From: Octopus sinensis
Taxonomy: Eukaryota
Assembly (NCBI RefSeq): GCF_006345805.1
Contig: NW_021824678.1
Coordinates: forward strand, 1 to 40,837
DNA length: 40,837 bases
Direction of reading: 5' to 3'
Below are positions 12,202-25,030 of this stretch, in pieces (the stretch's first letter is position 1; each line of letters begins with the position of its first letter). Position numbers and translations under genes: made by a program. The notes below the pieces were generated by a model that was given only the letters and a program-made list of their open reading frames with translations, searched no databases and had not been told where the DNA came from.

Positions 12202-12204
<3 letters not shown>
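10922..12204 (-). mobile_element. Full-length Tc1-like (DD34E) transposon with a disrupted transposase
   Basis: 30-bp TIRs (10922-10951 cagtggttggacaaaataatggaaacgcct; 12175-12204) with TA on both sides. ATG at 12014 (MTDLSEFQRGQIVGAR); FQDDNA..H and WPPQSPD.N.IE motifs; frameshifts present. Confidence 0.93.
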
Positions 12205-12283
<79 letters not shown>

Positions 12284-12397
12284 GTGTATAAGCGCACGCG
12301 CATACAAAACACACACATGCACACACATACATACAAGTTTTCATTTGTATCTATAGCCATCGATGCATTAGGCTATGCAATTACGAATTTGCACAAC

Positions 12398-12416
12398 CTA
12401 GAAATGCTAGGATTTT
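12398..12416 (-). CDS. Candidate 19-nt copine microexon (Q)NPSIS(R)
   Basis: Strong acceptor ttttttcactctttcttag but weak donor AG|gttgtg. Supplies the phase 1-to-2 bridge needed between 13646-13668 and 8094-8157 and gives a gapless alignment to copine C2B. Confidence 0.4.
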
Positions 12417-12639
12417 CTAAGAAAGAGTGAAAAAACTGACTCTTATCTTTAAATCCAATCTATTAGCCACACAGTGAAAATTTGTAAGATATTTCAATAA
12501 ATCTTCAGGTGAGCTTCTTTAAATGAATAGATGCACATACTTAGTTGTGTGTAACAACAAAGATACATACATAAAAGTAATTAGACACACACACATACGC
12601 ACACACACGCCTAAGTACGGAAGAGATATGATCACACAG

Positions 12640-12867
12640 AACATTTGAAGTAGATGCATGCACTTGTTGTTCCCATCCAGCCCGCAGTCCAGACATTACT
12701 CCCTGCCACTTGCCTGTTCCCAAAGCTGAATGAGAACCTCAGAGGCAGTCGTTTTGAAGACATCGTGAAAATGAATTCTGAGACAAGGATCCTCGAAACT
12801 TTCACTTCATAGAAATTCCATGAGGTCTTCACGAAGTGGCTGGTGCGCTACAACACGTGCATTGAAG
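12640..12867 (+). mobile_element. mariner transposase C-terminal fragment
   Basis: Translates as ...LFPKLNENLRGSRFEDI...ILETFTS*KFHEVFTKWLVRYNTCIE; cut off by a SINE. Confidence 0.75.
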
Positions 12868-13260
12868 GGCTGTGTGGTAAGTAGCTTGTTTACCAGCCAC
12901 ATGGTTCCGGGTTCAGTCCCACTGCGTGGCACCTTGGGCACGTGTCTTCTACTATAGCTTCAGGCCGACCAAAGCCTTGTGAGTGGATTTGGTAGACGGA
13001 AACTGAAAGAAGCCAGTCGTATATATGTATGTATATATGTATATGTGTGTGTGTGTTTCTGTGTCTGTGTTTGTCCCCCTAGCATTGCTTGACAACCGAT
13101 GCTGGTGTGTTTATGTCCCCGTCACTTAGCGATTCGGCAAAAGAGACCGATAGAATAAGTACTGGGCTTACAAAGAATAAGTCCCGGGGTCGATTTGCTC
13201 GACTAAAGGCGGTGCTCCAGCATGGCCGCAGTCAAATGACTGAAACAAGTAAAAGAGAAA
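12868..13260 (+). mobile_element. SINE family 1
   Basis: ggctgtgtggtaagtagcttg...ggttccgggttcagtccc head, internal TA/GT run, ggcggtgctccagcatggccgcagtcaaatgactgaaac tail. Confidence 0.92.
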
Positions 13261-13645
13261 TAGAGAAAGATCCTACACATACACTTTCAAACGCAAACAC
13301 ATACATACAATCCTGATATGCTTTCGGGTATATTAGATACTTATAGCTTTAGTTGGTTATAGAAATAAGCATATTTGTGTGGCGAAGTACTTCATCTTAT
13401 AACCACGTTATTCTGAATTCGATCTCAATTTGCAGCCTCTTAGAACACGCATTTCTTTTGTTATTGTAGTCTCAGATCAACTAAAATCATATGATTAAAA
13501 TTGCATAGAAGGAAATTTGCAAAATCTCGTCGTACTTTTTAAGAGATAAGATGCGATATAGAGGAGAGGAAGCAGAGAAAGAAAGGAAAAAACATTCTGC
13601 AAAATAAATAGTGAGACCTTGGTATCCATAGGATCTGTTTCTTAC

Positions 13646-13668
13646 GAAAACATCTCAAATATAATTTC
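13646..13668 (-). CDS. Copine-family gene, 23-nt exon (C2B): (K)KLYLRCF
   Basis: Acceptor ttattgtttgttgcag, donor gtaaga; phase 2 to 1. Matches copine R.IKVECY. An alternative weak donor at 13617 would give a 51-nt phase 2-to-2 exon. Confidence 0.75.
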
Positions 13669-13744
13669 CTGCAACAAACAATAATTATATTAGAAACAAA
13701 TTAACTTTGTAACTTGGAAAAACAATAATCAATCGATAGCATCA

Positions 13745-13754
13745 TATATGTGTG

Positions 13755-13811
<57 letters not shown>

Positions 13812-14039
13812 ATATATACATATATGTGTATATATATATATACATATATACATATACACATATATATATGTATATACATATATATATATATGTATATATA
13901 TGTATATATGTATATATATATATGTATATATATATATATTATATATATATATATATGTATATATATATGTGTGTGTGCGTGTGTGTGTGCATGTATGTAT
14001 GTATGTATATATATATACAAATCTACAAATACACACACG

Positions 14040-14109
<70 letters not shown>

Positions 14110-14115
14110 TTACAT
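13745..14115. repeat. (TA)n/(GT)n/(CT)n compound microsatellite
   Basis: Seen directly. Confidence 0.95.
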
Positions 14116-14499
14116 ATATATTACATGGAAAAATGCGAGCAAGAGAAATAAAATTCTTAAGATTATAAATCTGGAAAAGTACAGGACAAATTATTACACT
14201 TGGAAAAGTTCAGGACAAGTTATTGCATCTGGTAAAGTACAGAACAAGAAAAATTGTATTTAAAATGTTGCGGCTAACGATAAAATTTCAAAAAAAAATA
14301 TTTATATTTAGAAAATATTAGCTTTTATTAAAAATAAAACTTTTATTACAAGTTATTACTTCTATTTGTTATTACTTGTTACTTCTATTAAAAATGAAAA
14401 ATAGCTCAAAATAGCTTTTGCACTTTAAAAAAATTAATTTTTGTTAATTATTAATTAATAATTAGAAATTTGAAAATAGGTTATAAAAAATAATAGTAG

Positions 14500-15340
14500 T
14501 AGATAATTTGTAAAATAAATAGAACAATGCAAAAATTAGTTATATATTACAATAAAATCTACCAAATTCACAGTAAAATTTGCTTGAGTTATTGCCTAAG
14601 TTATTGCCAAGTCTTCACATTTTTAGTCTTGAACAATGCCTATTTTTTACGTAATGAATTTGCCTGCCATATATATTATTCTACTTTGCATAAAACCTTA
14701 GCTATATTGGTACTTCTGGCTCTCATTTTTTTAACTATTCTAGTGTGTCAATATTTTAACAAAATGGTGGTACCTTTTTCAATTATAATGTTATTTTGAA
14801 AATTAAAATCAAATAATTTTTGATATTCAAATTTTATCCTTAGCTGCAATATTTTAAGTAAAAAAAAAACTATATATTCACCCTCAGATTTGAGAAACAA
14901 ACACTCATAACATTTTTCTTTTAAAACTTCATTGCATGAAATTGATACCATGAAATTCCTCGAATTGAGCTCTATCATTTAAGTTTAATTAAAATATAGT
15001 TTGCTTTTAAAATAAAAAAAAGTTAATTATACTTTAATCCAATATTTTGCCTTAAATTGTTTTATGATATTTTACCTCGCAACTTATTTGATACAAAGTT
15101 TTGTTGCATGAAATTCTTCACGCTTTCTTCTACCATTGGAACTAAGATAAAAATATTTTACTTTTAAAATACAAAAGTTATTTAGATCTAAACTTGATTA
15201 GTGGCGTGACTTACTTTCCTATACCGCTACTACAAATTTTGATGTAAACTTTTTTCTACTGGACCAAATCTTAATTTTTTTATGTCAAAATGTAGCTAGG
15301 AACCAGTCCTCTTCCATTTGGTTAAGAACTGAATTAGCGA
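14500..15340 (-). pseudogene. Heavily decayed, AT-shifted Tc1/mariner-superfamily-like transposase relic with two intron-like intervals
   Basis: Fragments KWKRTGS, NEVLKEKCYE, EYIVF, IIIEKGTTI and YIWQ.NS follow the order expected in a maT/DD37D-like transposase. Many stops. Family assignment is tentative. Confidence 0.35.
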
Positions 15341-15430
15341 CTGAATATATATATATATATAAGAATTTTTTGCGTAAAAAGATTTAAAAAAGCAAGGGTG
15401 TGTAGATATTAGAGCATTTATAGATAGAAG

Positions 15431-15482
15431 GTCTTACAACTGTTTCTGTGATATTTATTAATTATATACCTTCATCGGAGAC
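15431..15482 (-). ncRNA. Minimal type-I hammerhead ribozyme motif with a U4C core change
   Basis: gtct CCGAUGA a ggtat..atatc aca GAAA cagttgt A agac: stem I gtct/agac, near-palindromic stem III acagttgt, GUA cleavage triplet. Confidence 0.6.
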
Positions 15483-16090
15483 GGTGTGAGAGGAAAGTAA
15501 AGTCATAGTTAGTTTCGATGTGATATAAAATAGAGAGTGAGATGGAGGAAAGAAAATAGATGCAAGATATGTATGGGTATTGAGTTGTAAATCCATTTTT
15601 AGGCATAATGGTATATATGCAATATTCCAATATCCTATGAGTAAAGTCCAAAAGTCTAACAGAGTTTAATATGAGTCCTTCTAAATATAGAGTTTATAAG
15701 CAATGTAAGATTCCCTTATGAGTGAGATCCAGCAGATTTTTTAACTTGGTCATTTCCAGTAGAGAACCCCACAACTTTATACTTTACAGAAAGAAAACTG
15801 ACTAACGAACACTGCTATACATACCTACACCCCCGGGTAAATTTATACATATGACACCGCTACACATACCACACACCCCATCCCCGCAGGGACACCACAT
15901 TAATAATACGCACTTACCCCACTACAAGATAACCTTGCCAGCTTCACAGCCAACCCAACCAAGGGACATAACTCCTAACCCAACTCTGAGCCCTTTTTCG
16001 TTTCACCACTTTTTACACAGAAGCCGCTGACTGATTATGCAAATCCACCTCCGATAGTAGAGAGCAGTCGCCATATTCCCTTCCATTTTG

Positions 16091-16177
16091 GGTATCTCTG
16101 ATGAACGTAAAGTTATATAATTGGATTGTTACCTAACACTCCATTGTATTCTTTGCGCGAAACCGAATGGTAAGACC
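16091..16177 (+). ncRNA. Type-I hammerhead ribozyme motif
   Basis: CUGAUGA at 16098-16104; stem II cgtaaag/ctttgcg; GAAA at 16159-16162; stem III acc/ggt; GUA triplet ending at 16172; stem I tct/aga. Confidence 0.6.
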
Positions 16178-16793
16178 AGCCGTGATGGATATTTAATACT
16201 TTAAAATTTGGATAATATACCCACTCTACTGACAGATTTACGAGTCCATCTTCTCCCTGACTTATGGTCTCTTAGACGACTCACGCATATATATAAAGAT
16301 ATATATATATATACATATAAGCCGATTGAGCAAAATCGTTAACAAACCGTGCACGAAATTAGAAATACGCCTCTTATAGCAACACTTGATTCCATGGACT
16401 TAGTCCTCAGTGAAGAATTCGGAGTTTAAGTTACGTTCTTCCAATACTGAGGATATATAACTCTCAACTACCGCATATATATATATATGTAACAAATTTA
16501 TTCCACTCATAGATGTATTCGTATACGAAACGCTGTAACTTCCAGTGCTGGCTCTAATCTCTATAGAAAAATCTGTAGAAATAACTTTTAAAAGTGATTG
16601 AATCGCACTGCTAAGTCCGATGGAACCAAGCATTGGCTTATAAGACTTTGACATAGTTGGTAGTATATTATGATTGCACAATGGAATCCAGTGTCCCTAC
16701 AAGCTATTACTATACAGGAAGAATATGATAAAAGGGTAGATTGAAAATGAGAAAATAACTGAAATGCTTATGTGATAAGAAAAAAATTCTTAC

Positions 16794-16898
16794 TTGTGAA
16801 TGTCTCCGTCGCTGAAATCTTTTTCTGGAATGTTAATTTCTTGTTGATTCAGAATGGTGTCGTATGCAACAGCATCAGTGGTACCCAGTTTTTCCCAC
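16794..16898 (-). CDS. Copine-family gene, exon (C2B): WEKLGTTDAVAYDTILNQQEINIPEKDFSDGDIH
   Basis: Acceptor ccttccatctttcatttcag, donor gtaaga; 105 nt, phase 2 to 2; only one frame is open. Gapless alignment to copine W..V.RTEVVKNNLNPVW..F.I....LC.GD.D. Confidence 0.92.
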
Positions 16899-17322
16899 CT
16901 GAAATGAAAGATGGAAGGATAATTATCGATGTAATTATAGATAACACACCATCGTTATCATTGATTAATAGTCAGTGATAACGATGATAATATGGTATTT
17001 ACAATGATGCTGTAGAGCTCTATGATGTTGCGGTATTACCTTATGATGATACAGATGGGGGCCTTTTGATGACACGATATGGGGTTTTGTTTAATGTAGT
17101 GAGTAAGCAGGAACCTAAAATCTTCTAGCGGTCTTTTATATTTCAGAAATTGATCCGCCGCTATTCTGGAGCACCGATTTCAGCACTGGTTTTTTAAAGC
17201 CTCATGCTTATTTTATATGTTCCCTGTTGTGGAGCCGCTAGATCAGGAAAACGTAAGCAAACTAAGACCGGTTATCAAGCGTTTGTCAAGTGGGAGATGA
17301 TTGGAAAGCAAGTATTTTATCT

Positions 17323-17800
<478 letters not shown>

Positions 17801-17808
17801 ACACACAC

Positions 17809-17874
<66 letters not shown>

Positions 17875-18687
17875 TGCAATTTATATATTAATTCCATGTC
17901 ATAACCAGTATTTAGAACTTCATGTACCTTATACGTTGAAATTCGTTAATCATCCTAGGGTTACTACAAATCCTTTGGTTGGAAATATATTACTTAGAAT
18001 GTAATTCTGGGTTCTTGCCCATAAGAAAATCCCCTAAGACTCATGAACCTGGTTACTCGGTCCCCATGGTGTATAAATTATCGATATCACCTTCCCACTG
18101 AATGCCTGGCTGTTGAAGAGTTCAAGACTAACAATTTTGTCGGGAAGGGACAAACTGAACATATCGACTCCAGTAATTGATTGATATTTTGTTTTATTGA
18201 TCTCGAAGAGATGGAAGGGAATATTGACCTTGGCAGGACTTGAACTCAGAACGTAAACTGCCAGAAGAATCTTACTAAGCATTTCGTTTGACTTACTAGC
18301 GATTCTACCAGTTCGCTGCCTTACAAACAAATATGAGTACCAGTAATTAAGCGCATAACCGGGTTTATTAGAGTACTAAATAACATCAGGAAAATTATTT
18401 ACATAATTTATAATTTTTATTATGATATATTCCATTCATATTTTCTACTCACTATTCGTGGGGTTCTATCAGAAGCAACTGTCATTGGAGTTTTTCTGGT
18501 ACAAATAGCTGACTACAAGGAATGACAACCCTGGACTCAGTGCGAATTGAGAGGCATTAGAAAACTTCCGTGCCGGAAATGACTTCTCCATTATGAACAC
18601 ATTCTTCCTGTACAGTATCTTTTATCTTTCACTTGTTTCACTCATTGGACTGCGGCCATGCTGGGGCATTGCTTTGAAGAATTTTTA

Positions 18688-19110
18688 GGCGCAGGAGTGG
18701 TTGTGTGGTAAGTAGCTTGCTTACCAACCACATACATGGTTCCGGATTCAGTTCCACTGCGTGGCAACTTGGGCAAGTGTCTTCTACTATAGCCTCCGGC
18801 CGACCAAAGCCTTGTAAGTGGATTTCGTAGACGGAAACTGAAAGAAGCCTGTCGTATATATGTATATATATATGTATGTGTGTGTGTGCTTATGTGTTTG
18901 TGTTTGTCCTCCCAACATCGCTTGACAACCGATGCTGGTGTGTTTACGCGCCCGTAACTTAGCGGTTCGGCATAAGAGACCGATAGAATAAGTACTAGGC
19001 TTACAAAGAATAAGTCCTGGGGTCGATTTGCTCGACTAAAGGCGGTGCTCCAGCATGGCCACACTCAAATGACTAAAACAAGTAAGAGAGTAAAAAGAGA
19101 GTAAAGAGTA
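18688..19110 (+). mobile_element. SINE family 1 (further family-1 and family-2 SINE pieces at about 18140-18325 minus, 19180-19410 minus and 19447-19675 plus)
   Basis: Direct similarity among copies in the window. Confidence 0.9.
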
Positions 19111-19780
19111 ATGAATCGACCCCAGTAGTTATTATTTTTCTTAAGCCTGGTAGTCATTCGATCAGTCTCTAAGATATAGGGACGTAAACACACCAACACC
19201 GGTTGTCAAGAGGCGACGGGGGACAAAAACAGACACAAAGATACCCACACACATGCATACACGCGCGCGCGCGACAGACTTCTTTCAGTTTCCGTCTACA
19301 AAATCCACTCACAAGGTTTTGGTTGGCCCGAGGTGCCACGTAGTGGAAGTGAACTCGGAAATATGTGCTTGGGAAGCAATCTTCTTACTACACAGCCACG
19401 CCTACACTTATCCCACGTATTGTAATTTATTATAAGAATATTTATAAGGTGGCGAGCTGGTAGAAAGAAGGCAGTGAGCTTGCTGAGACGTTAGCACGTC
19501 GGGCGAAATGCTTAGCAGTATTTCGCCTGTCTTTACGTTCTGAGTTCAAATTCCGCCTAGGTCATCTTTGCCTTTCATCTTTTCGGGGTCGATAAATTAA
19601 GTACCAGTGACGTACTGGGGTCGATTTAATCGACTGGCCCCTCTCCAAAAATTTTGTGCCTTGTGCCTAGCGTAGAAAATATTATATGAATATTTATAAT
19701 CTATTATAAAAAAATATTTAAAGATATTTCCCCGGCAATTTTATGATACTTTTTCGTTGAAAATAACTGAAAATACTTAC

Positions 19781-19878
19781 TTCCTTTCTATTTGTTTGTA
19801 CAAAGTTATAAAAGGACAAACTTGTGGGCTTCTTCCTTTTATATTTTTACCGCTCAGTCTTAACTGGACATCATATTC
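19781..19878 (-). CDS. Copine-family gene, exon (C2B start): EYDVQLRLSGKNIKGRSPQVCPFITLYKQIER
   Basis: Acceptor cttttctttctatctttcatcattcag, donor gtaagt; 98 nt, phase 0 to 2; joins 16794-16898 as aa|g = K then W. Matches copine V.L.F.A.KLDKKDFFGKSDPFL.F.R. Confidence 0.92.
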
Positions 19879-20285
19879 CTGAATGATGAAAGATAGAAAG
19901 AAAAGAAAACTGTAATTTCGGACGACAACGAGTAGATGTCTAGTAATGAGTTTGGACATGAAATAAAAACATGATGTAGTTTTTAAAAAATGTTCTGTCT
20001 GTATGAATTGAGCTTTTTGTAGGCTGATCGCTGTATTTGTTAGCACAAAAGACTCATGGATATATGAGACACACCCTAATTTCAGCAATGTATTATTCTG
20101 CGAATAAAATGTTTTTATTATGCATTAAAGCATGTAACTTTCAGAGCAATATAGCAATACATTACAATACATTACAAAAGAGTCTAACACAAAGCAGTAA
20201 ACATCATTGTATATAAAATGTAAACAGCGCAGCTGAAAATAAAGTCAGAAATCATCGTCTTCATTATAATCATCATCATCGCTGT

Positions 20286-20505
20286 ATCTATAAACGGCAA
20301 AATGTCTGTGTATCTGTGTGTCTGTGTGTCTGTGTGTCTTGTATACAAATCCACAGCTTTTCACGTAAAAGGCTCGCATTTTCTATGGGCTTTCAAAATT
20401 GCCTGAGGGTGGTCGTGAAGATCTTTTCATTTCTCCAGTCGCCCCAGAAAGCCATTCAAAAATTCAATAAACCGACCCCTTATGCCCATAAGTTATGGGC
20501 ATATC
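20286..20505 (+). mobile_element. Probable Helitron-like non-autonomous element 5' fragment
   Basis: atctataaacggcaaaatgtctgtg start followed by a (gtgtct)n microsatellite; 11-bp inverted repeat tatgcccataa/ttatgggcata at 20481-20503. Class inferred from architecture. Confidence 0.4.
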
Positions 20506-20744
20506 CATTCAAAATCGCTAAAACAGAAATTTGTACGCGGTGCGTACGTACAGCTAGATAGGCCAATAGACTGCCAGCTGTTTTTTGATTGGACGGAGAT
20601 AATTTTACCCTTGACAGTTGAATGCGCATGCGCATTTGCAGACAGTCTGTATGACTCAGCACATTTTTGTGTTTTGCGAAGACGCGTTATCATGTGTTTT
20701 GGCTTTCAAACGTGCACGCTTTTTTGCTGCCCATTTTCTGCCTA

Positions 20745-21070
20745 CGTCACAACTTACACTGACACCATCAGCAGTCACATCAGCGGACCTTAGAACCTAC
20801 CTTGACGAGTCGCCGAGGCTCTCGCCCACGGAGGCGAAATGTTGCGAAAGGCCGGTAGCAGCCTCTGAAATACGGGAGGCAATGACTGAATGCACAAGGG
20901 ACAAATAGTCTAATTTAGATGACAGACACTGGGGCCAGATTGTGCAGCCACCTCTTCAGTTGTCCTCCAGATCGCTCGCACCAGCATGGGAGTGGAGCCG
21001 GGTTGACCGCCTTGCGAATGAATTCACCCGGAGAGTGACGGAGAATATGGATAAGCCAGCTTAGACGATG
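20745..21070 (+). mobile_element. Decayed L1/Tx1-like LINE ORF2 fragment
   Basis: DLRTYLDESPRLSPTEAKCCERPVAASEIREAMTECTRDK resembles the pre-RT segment upstream of the (S/T)PGxDG motif. Confidence 0.6.
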
Positions 21071-21532
21071 TAAAGCAAAGTCTATCTCAGAGGGATTTGA
21101 ACGCAAAACATAAAGAGCATTTGTTCGATGCGCATAATAATGTTTTTTTTATATATTATTGACACCAGAGTTCATTCATATAAAGAGAAATAAATACATA
21201 CACCCAAAAATGGGCTACAAAGTTGAACAAACTATAACATTTGAACAAATTTGTAAGTAGGACAAAAGACGTTAAATAATGTATGAAGTTGCACATATTA
21301 GTATCAAAATTATAGGTCAGTCAGTTTGCTAAGAAGCTTGCTTCTCTATTATGTAGCTGTGGTTTCAGTCCCACTGTGCTCTACCTTGGGCAAGTGTTTT
21401 CTACTATAACCCCGGGTTGATCAAAACCTTGTAGGTGGATTTGGTAGCATTTCGAACAAAGGAGAACGGTTACAAAAAGTATCAGGCATAAAAAGAAAAT
21501 AAATACTGGGGTCGATTTGTTTGACTGAACAC

Positions 21533-21620
21533 TTCAAGCCGGTGCCCCAGCATGGCCGACTGGACATTTCAAGGTGGTGCCCCTGCATGGCCGACTGGAC
21601 CCTTCAAGGCGGTGCCCCAG
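21533..21620 (+). repeat. 35-bp tandem repeat (about 2.5 copies) of the SINE 3' tail motif
   Basis: ttcaag..ggtgcccc.gcatggccgactggac at 21533, 21568 and 21603. Confidence 0.85.
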
Positions 21621-22017
21621 TTCGAAATATACGCCGAAAGATGCGACGCCGTACCCAAAGCATATGAGGGTGACAGGTCACTTAGTAGATCATTTAAGTC
21701 CTCACTCCGACGTGATTAGACAGTCTTCATAACTCCAGAAAGTGGAGTCCCCCACTCTATGAATAGAAAAAGAACAGAGAAAAAGTATAGGTATTAATGC
21801 TTTGTATAGTGTACACTTGTGGCTTGAAATTACTAGGCATCAATTATGTAAGTCGCTGCTCCCATTCATCGGTATTACTCGGCAAAAAATGCATGGAAGG
21901 AGAGGTCTTAATGTTCATGAGTTTGCAAAAAGAATAGCAGATTGATGTAGGAGGAGGAGGAAAGAAAAGCTTTCATGGCCGCACCTCGCTCAAAGTGTAT
22001 TATCATAAACACACATG

Positions 22018-22076
<59 letters not shown>

Positions 22077-22121
22077 CATGGTTCTTTTATTCTCTCTCTT
22101 TTTCACTTATTCTCTTATTCC

Positions 22122-22182
22122 TTTCTGATGAAGAGCGTTGGCTCGAAACGTTAAAGACTTTCTCACTTTCCCGAGCGTCAAA
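22122..22182 (+). ncRNA. Type-I hammerhead ribozyme motif in a Penelope-like terminal repeat fragment (about 22073-22247)
   Basis: ttt CUGAUGA a gagc-gttg-gctc GAAA; stem III acgtt/agcgt; GUC triplet ending at 22179; stem I ttt/aaa; fragment flanked by (TA)n. Confidence 0.7.
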
Positions 22183-22607
22183 CTAACACACCCGCTTGTT
22201 ATTCATACACCTGCCTTCACTTTTATATTATTCTGTAAATTTCAACTATATATATATATATTACAGCTTATATTTTTTATCTTTTCTCTTTCTGTAGGAC
22301 TCAAACCACTTTTTCACATAAGTCCTCGAGTCTTATGTGAAAGCAACCCCAACGAATAAAACGAAATTCCTTCTGTCAGTTTGCGTATTTTATTTGATAA
22401 CAATGTCATTTATCTTTATTTTATTTTGTCGTTGGAATGCTACCATTCTGGAGAACTAACTTGAAGAATTTAGAATGTAATCAACCGGAAATCTGCCTCC
22501 AGGGTTTTAATTTTTTATGGTATGATACTTATTCTATCAATCTCGTTTGCCGAACCGCAACTGGTGTGGGATACAAACGCAAAGATACACACCGATACAC
22601 GAATGCA

Positions 22608-22672
<65 letters not shown>

Positions 22673-23989
22673 CTTACACACACACATCTGTGACTTGCTT
22701 CCACACAGGTTTCGTCTATCAAGTCCACTCACAAGGCATTGATCAGCCGAGGGCTATAGTAGAACATACTTGCCCAATGTGCCGCATAATGGGACTGAAC
22801 CGGAAACCACGTGGCTGCCAAGTGCGCATCTTAAATGCATGCAAACGATGTAGAAAGCGAAGAGAAAATGTTTTACTAAGTTTAATATCTTTAAATTTCC
22901 GGCTATAGAAACTTCTCTTGAAATAGTGTCAAACCAACTGCACATATTCAAAACCATACGACATAAATTCTTGATTAATTAAAATTAGCTCCACTCTCGA
23001 GGATCTATGAGAATTACCAAATGACAATTAAGACTAGTTTCAATTGAAAAGGGGAGATAACCTCACGAATCAAGGTTTTCTCCAAAGCTGACTTGACATT
23101 AATGGAAAACGCAGGCTTATTGTCTGGGCATAAGAGAACAATGGAGGATACGACTTGAAGCTATCTTCCTTAGCTCGTTTTTGTTTAAATTATGCAAATT
23201 GCCTTGGCCATAAATGTTAAGTCTAATTTCGTTCACTACTGGAGACAAGATTGGACAGTTGTCGAGCTGATGGCGACTATTAAACCAGAAACACTACTCC
23301 ACGACTGTCGTCTCCTAACCAGACAGCAAGCCGGTCTTTGTCTTAATCGCGTGTCAACTTTGAAGAATTCTAATTTCTAGAGATGTTCCCTCTTACGGAA
23401 GTAGAGATGGTTTTCGCTTCTAGAGGCGGAGATAATTTTAATAACCCAAGAATTTATGTTGTATAATATTTGACATATTTGTATTTGTCTATGTTGTTCA
23501 AACACATGCCACTGGCTGTTATGAGTTATTTTTCTTAGCTCATTTTTGTTTAGATATTGCTCATATTAAAATTCAAAGGCCGGCCAGAATTTCTACAACA
23601 ACGTTGGTAGCAGCATTGGTTTTTCAGTCTTTGACCTTCATATAGACTGCACATTCATTGACAAACTTGAAACATAAAGAAATTTTATTGAATGGTTACA
23701 TGAGTAACCATAAAACTTGTTGAAAAAGTTCTTTTTATAGTTGAAAATTGAAAATATTTAGAACAGTATTTCTTTACATTCTTAGAATTCCTAGTGTCTA
23801 ACAATATAACACAGAGCTTCTAACAGCCCATAAATTTCAAGTTAACATACACACACAACTAAACGCACATTCACTCATATTTATAGACTTAACCACAAAA
23901 GAAACGTCGCACACATACTAAATAGAACAGGTGTATTAACAGACTGCCATAGCATTGATTGAAGCGTGCTAATTAAGAACCGTTGTTTC

Positions 23990-25030
23990 CTAATTATGAA
24001 ACGTCATTTCCTGAAACATGTTTGACGTCACATGGTGCCACGTGATGATGGAGTATCCTGGATCCAAAGAGATGAACGCAATATCTCATGTGACCACGGT
24101 TAGCGTTGATTATATTGAATGCACCAAACGATTGATGAAGGCCATGGAGATAGTAGCCTACACTCTGTTAAATCTTGAGGTGAGTTGCGCCGCAGTTGTT
24201 GGCCTTGGAAGGACGTCATTTAGCCTTCTTAGGATTTCATCCCACGGGTGCTCTATGGGGTTCAAGTCCGGACTTAGGGCAGAACATGGAGGTGTATGGA
24301 TGTTGTGCTGTTGGAAGAAGTCTGTTGTCAACTTGGCAGTATGGACATGGGCGTTGTGGTGTTGAAACACGTGATTCCTATGACGGGCAAAGTATGACAC
24401 AATATGGAGGCCTCAAAACTTGGTCGATGTACGAGCAGCCGTTAATCCATTGCCCCGGCCATGGCTGATGTTTTGGAAAACCACCGGTCCAAGTTTCTGG
24501 TCGAGTGCAATCACGAGCCATACCATGCTCTATCCTTCCCATGGGTTTCTTTCAACCACCAGCCATCGACATTACGTTCACCACGTCTTCTTCAAACCCT
24601 AGCTCTGCCATCTGCACAGAAATGCAATATCGACTTTCGTCAGAGAAGACTACAGTCCTCCACAGCTGATATTGCCAGTTCTGACGTTTTTTAGCCCAAT
24701 GCAGGCGTGCCCATCGATGACGATCTGTGAGGGCGGGGTCCCTAGCCGGACGTCGACAAGACAGATTGAAGGATCTCAGCCGCCAGCGAACTGTCTGTGC
24801 ACGAATGGGTCTGTGGTGAATCCCTATGGCCTGCCTAGATGATTCCGTTGCTCTCTGGAATCGGTCCTGCAAGTGCTGTCGGTGTAGGTGGCGATCTTGA
24901 AGTGCTGTTGTAATCTTCGGTCGGCCACTACGTGGAAGAACATCCGTGCTGTCTGTGGCATTCTATCGTTCTCTCAGCCGTTCAGTTGTCCGAATACTGC
25001 AGTTCAAGTCATTAGCAATGACCCATGGAC
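23990..25030 (-). mobile_element. Decayed Tc1-like transposon (copy 1)
   Basis: RSGRPK.T...QDR, TVRWRL...RRP, VVFSDESR, FQHHNA (catalytic D mutated) and SPDLNPIEH; frameshifted. Confidence 0.9.

Larger units (their letters stand above)
15361..16290. mobile_element. Penelope-like element remnant(s) between two (TA)n runs
   Basis: Hammerhead motifs on opposite strands near each end; no intact ORF. Confidence 0.55.

Noticed and set aside
14171-14248. 29-bp tandem repeat (about 2.7 copies)
   Set aside because: Ordinary degenerate minisatellite with no functional clue.
14265-15340. AT-rich island as a mitochondrial insertion (NUMT) or contaminant
   Set aside because: No recognisable mitochondrial gene or rRNA motif; continuous with host intron.
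16395-16415. Minus-strand ctga-ggac-taa-gtcc resembling a hammerhead core plus stem II
   Set aside because: Core truncated and no GAAA; too short to tell from chance.
17146-17250. Plus-strand segment with acceptor tttatatttcag and donor gtaagc
   Set aside because: Stops in all three frames and no partner exons; cannot support an antisense gene.
18453-18512. 60-nt minus-strand exon-like segment with good splice sites
   Set aside because: It lies in a phase-2 copine intron and gives a stop (NQLFVPEKLQ*); at most a cryptic or poison exon.
21706-21756. 51-nt minus-strand exon-like segment with a strong acceptor and gtgagg donor
   Set aside because: Open only in phase 2; the copine frame here needs phase 0, where it has a TGA. 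No copine similarity.
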